Shown piece after piece: positions 60,737 through 64,000 of a stretch of 64,000 bases of DNA; within the stretch, counting starts at the first letter, position 1; each line of letters begins with the position of its first letter. The DNA is taken from the NCBI GenBank assembly GCA_963556825.1, contig CAUWAM010000004.1:26234-90233 (forward strand), given 5' to 3'. Under the pieces are notes generated by a model that was not told where the DNA came from, did no database searches, and worked only from the letters and a program-made list of their open reading frames with translations. The translations under genes and the position numbers were made by a program. Source of the DNA: an uncultured Clostridia bacterium (GTDB taxonomy: Bacteria > Bacillota > Clostridia > TANB77 > CAG-508).

Positions 60737-60871
60737 AACAAATCCTCTTTCAAAATTAATTACTAAAATCTATTCTAGGAAAAGCAAAAATATTACAAAA
60801 AATACTTGATAAAAAGATATATTAGTGATATAGTTACAAAGTAAAATAAACTTAGGAGGATTATACCAGTT

Positions 60872-63625
60872 ATGAAATTATTCAAAAGTTACAGTGAAAA
60901 AGAAGTAAAAAGAGTTATGCCAATTGTAAATAAAATCAACAGTTTAGAACCAGAGATGGAAAAACTTTCAGACCATGAATTAAAAGAAAAAACAACATAT
61001 TTTAAAAAGGAATTAGAAAATGGAAAAACATTAGATGATATATTACCAGAGGCTTTTGCAGTAGTTAGAGAAGCTTCAAAAAGAGCATTAGGAATGAGAC
61101 ATTTCGATGTGCAATTAATAGGTGGAATTATATTACACCAAGGAAGAATTGCAGAAATGAAAACAGGTGAAGGAAAAACATTAGTTGCAACATTACCTGT
61201 ATACTTAAATGCTTTAGAAGGAAAAGGAGTACACGTAATAACAGTAAATGACTACTTAGCAAAAAGAGATAGTGAATGGATGGGAAAATTATATAAATTC
61301 TTAGGACTTTCAGTTGGACTAGTAATTGCTGGAATGGATCCACAAGCTAAACAAAAAGCTTATGCAGCAGACATTACTTATGGTACAAACAATGAATTTG
61401 GATTTGATTACTTAAGAGATAACATGGTAATTTATAAAAATCAATTAGTTCAAAGAGGATTACATTATGCAATAGTTGACGAAATTGATAGTATTTTAAT
61501 AGATGAAGCAAGAACACCACTTATAATTTCAGGAAGAGCAAATGAATCTTCTGATTTATATAAAAAAGCAAATGATTTCGTAAGAAGACTAGAAGCAAAA
61601 GTTATAGTTGAAGAAGATGTAAAAGATTTTGAACAAGCAGAAGATAATGAAAATTATGATTATATTGTAGACTTAAAAGCTAAATCAGCATCATTAACAC
61701 AAAAAGGTATTAAAAAAGCAGAAGAATTTTTCGGATTAGAAAACTTTAATGATTTAGAAAACTCTACATTAGTACACCATGTAAATCAAGCATTACGTGC
61801 ACATGGAGTAATGAAAAAAGATATAGACTACATAGTAAAAGATGGAGAAGTTTTAATTGTTGATGAATTTACAGGACGTATTATGTATGGAAGAAGATAT
61901 AATAACGGATTACATCAAGCAATTGAAGCAAAAGAAAAAGTAAAAATAGCAGACGAATCTAAAACTTTAGCAACAATAACATTCCAAAATTACTTTAGAA
62001 TGTATGATAAATTATCAGGTATGACAGGTACAGCTATGACAGAAGAATCAGAATTTGAAGAAATATATAATTTAGATGTTGTAGAAATACCAACAAATAA
62101 ACCTATGATAAGAAAAGACGAAAATGATGTAATTTACAAAAATGAACATGCTAAATTTAGAGCAGTTGTTGAAAGCGTAAAAGAAAGCTACGAAAAAGGA
62201 CAACCAGTTCTAATTGGTACAGTATCAATAGAAAAATCAGAAAAATTAAGTAAACTATTAAATGAATCACGTATACCACATGAAGTATTAAATGCTAAAT
62301 CACATGAAAAAGAAGCTATGATAGTAGCACAAGCAGGAAAAATGGGAGCAGTTACAATAGCAACAAACATGGCAGGACGTGGTACTGACATTATGCTAGG
62401 GGGAAACAGTGAATACTTAGCAAAAGAAGAAATGAGAAAAAATAAAGTACCAGCAAATTTAATAGAAGAATCAAACACATATTATGAAACAGATGACCAA
62501 GATATATTAAGAGCAAGAGAACAATTTAATAAATTAGTAGAAAAATATGATGAACAAATAAAAGAAGAAAAACAAAAAGTAATTGATGCAGGTGGTTTAA
62601 AAATAATTGGTACAGAAAGACATGAATCAAGAAGAATCGACAACCAATTAAGAGGACGTTCTGGACGTCAAGGGGATATAGGACAATCACAATTCTTTAT
62701 AGGATTAGATGATGACTTGATGAAAATATTTGGTGGAGATGCAATAACAAAAGTTTATAATACTTTAGGTGCAGATGAAAATATGCCAATAGCTTCTAAA
62801 ATGATTTCAAAAGCAGTAGAAAATGCTCAAAAGAAAGTAGAAGGAAGAAACTTCAGTATTCGTAAAAATGTATTAAAATATGATGATGTTATGAATGCAC
62901 AAAGAGAAATTATATATAAACAAAGAAGAGAAGTTTTAGACGGAGAAGATATTCATAATAATATTTTAAAGATGATTACAGCAATTGCGGAAGAAACAGT
63001 TGCAATGTTTATAGAAGGTGAAGATGGAAAAACTGTAAATGTTGAAAGTTTAAATACAGAAATATCAAATATATTTGGAATAGATATGTCTGATTTTATA
63101 AAATTACATGAAAATGATTCAAAAGCAATTGTAGAAGAACTAGAAAAACAAGCAACAGAAAAATACCAAGCCAAAGAAGAAGAAATCACATCTGAAAAAA
63201 TGAGAGAACTTGAAAGAGTTGTAATGCTTAAAGTTGTTGATGAAAAATGGATGAACCATATAGATAGTATGGACGAATTAAAAAATGGTATTGGTTTAAG
63301 AGCATATGGACAACAAGACCCTGTTGTAAAATACAGAACAGAAGGTATGGATATGTTCGAAGAAATGATAGCTAATATCAAATTAGATGTAGTAAAAATT
63401 CTTATGAACATTAGAAAACAAAATGGAAATGCACAAAGACAAGAAGCAGCAAAAATAACAGGTGCAGCTTTAGAAGCTATAAAAAGTGTTGATGGTGGAA
63501 AGAAAATAAGTACTCCTGAATATAGTCAAACTGTTGTAAATGAAGGCCCAAAAGTTGGAAGAAATGACCCATGTCCATGTGGAAGTGGTAAAAAATATAA
63601 AAACTGCTGTGGTAGAAATCAATAA
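60872..63625 (+). CDS. secA: preprotein translocase ATPase SecA
   Basis: [56 protein letters not shown]. Confidence 0.98.
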   Translation: MKLFKSYSEKEVKRVMPIVNKINSLEPEMEKLSDHELKEKTTYFKKELENGKTLDDILPEAFAVVREASKRALGMRHFDVQLIGGIILHQGRIAEMKTGEGKTLVATLPVYLNALEGKGVHVITVNDYLAKRDSEWMGKLYKFLGLSVGLVIAGMDPQAKQKAYAADITYGTNNEFGFDYLRDNMVIYKNQLVQRGLHYAIVDEIDSILIDEARTPLIISGRANESSDLYKKANDFVRRLEAKVIVEEDVKDFEQAEDNENYDYIVDLKAKSASLTQKGIKKAEEFFGLENFNDLENSTLVHHVNQALRAHGVMKKDIDYIVKDGEVLIVDEFTGRIMYGRRYNNGLHQAIEAKEKVKIADESKTLATITFQNYFRMYDKLSGMTGTAMTEESEFEEIYNLDVVEIPTNKPMIRKDENDVIYKNEHAKFRAVVESVKESYEKGQPVLIGTVSIEKSEKLSKLLNESRIPHEVLNAKSHEKEAMIVAQAGKMGAVTIATNMAGRGTDIMLGGNSEYLAKEEMRKNKVPANLIEESNTYYETDDQDILRAREQFNKLVEKYDEQIKEEKQKVIDAGGLKIIGTERHESRRIDNQLRGRSGRQGDIGQSQFFIGLDDDLMKIFGGDAITKVYNTLGADENMPIASKMISKAVENAQKKVEGRNFSIRKNVLKYDDVMNAQREIIYKQRREVLDGEDIHNNILKMITAIAEETVAMFIEGEDGKTVNVESLNTEISNIFGIDMSDFIKLHENDSKAIVEELEKQATEKYQAKEEEITSEKMRELERVVMLKVVDEKWMNHIDSMDELKNGIGLRAYGQQDPVVKYRTEGMDMFEEMIANIKLDVVKILMNIRKQNGNAQRQEAAKITGAALEAIKSVDGGKKISTPEYSQTVVNEGPKVGRNDPCPCGSGKKYKNCCGRNQ

Positions 63626-63637
63626 TAGAATAACAAT

Positions 63638-63673
63638 CAAGAGCAATCTTAAATATAGGATTGCTCTTTTTTT
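63638..63673 (+). terminator. secA terminator
   Basis: AAGAGCAATC...GATTGCTCTT followed by T-run. Confidence 0.8.
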
Positions 63674-63805
63674 GTTTAATTTTTACTAATCAAAAAATAT
63701 AAAATATTTTTTATACTGACCTACCAGTTTAAAGACTTATTAAAAAAATTATGTTATAAAATAAAACACATAACAAAAATAAAAAAAGATTAGGAGAAAA
63801 TAAAA

Positions 63806-64000
63806 ATGAGTGAAAAATTATATAACATAATAGAAATAAATGATTTAAAAGATATGTTAAATAAAACAAAAAATATATATAGTGATAAAATAGCTTACAA
63901 AATAAAAATAGAAGAAGGAAAATATAAAACTTTTACACACAAACAAGTAAGAGAAATGGTAGATGCTCTAGGAACTGCATTAATAGATATGGGATTAAAA
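63806..64000 (+). CDS. second AMP-binding acyl-CoA synthetase, 3'-partial
   Basis: AGGAG RBS; MSEKLYNIIEINDLKDML...YSDKIAY...LGTALIDMGLK resembles the N-terminus of 10523..12244. Confidence 0.7.
   Translation, partial: MSEKLYNIIEINDLKDMLNKTKNIYSDKIAYKIKIEEGKYKTFTHKQVREMVDALGTALIDMGLK

Noticed and set aside
641-63411. Numerous short antisense or overlapping ORFs in the track (e.g. 2822..3337, 6242..6613, 36729..37298, 62953..63411, 34755..34946)
   Set aside because: They overlap well-supported genes and have the Phe/Ile/Leu/Ser-rich composition of shadow frames in AT-rich DNA.

Overview
Very AT-rich chromosome segment of a spore-forming Clostridia-like Firmicute. A gut TANB77/CAG-269-type lineage is my impression from gene content and style, not a tested assignment. 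Core content: dTDP-rhamnose genes (rfbD-A-C-B), a SpoVB-like flippase, tmcAL, rnhA, a MATE transporter, acyl-CoA synthetases, dacF, lexA, a TetR with a heterodimeric ABC exporter, a ZIP transporter, a DtxR-like regulator heading sufCBDSU, nrdD-nrdG, tcdA, a GT8/acyltransferase/flippase cluster, a peroxiredoxin, fba, smpB, murD, ytvI and secA. A decayed accessory island of about 9 kb follows tRNA-Leu(TAG) (about 14342-23470). It carries an ADP-ribosyltransferase-like ORF, a pilin-like protein, a membrane-tethered ECF sigma factor, several gene remnants, and an intact type III toxin-antitoxin module (three 35-36 nt pseudoknot repeats, a terminator and an AbiQ/ToxN RNase). The most unusual observations are: (i) two unrelated split genes (TetR, GNAT) that are both repaired by skipping the C of an otherwise avoided in-frame CGG codon, suggesting +1 recoding at CGG; (ii) the type III TA module, with a possible second promoter and flanking direct repeats; (iii) a Cys-tailed DtxR-like candidate Fe-S sensor with a palindromic operator; (iv) GGGAC(A/G)G-core REP-like elements that supply stop codons; (v) a dockerin autolysin next to a cohesin-like anchor. 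All calls come from reading the sequence; no searches were run.
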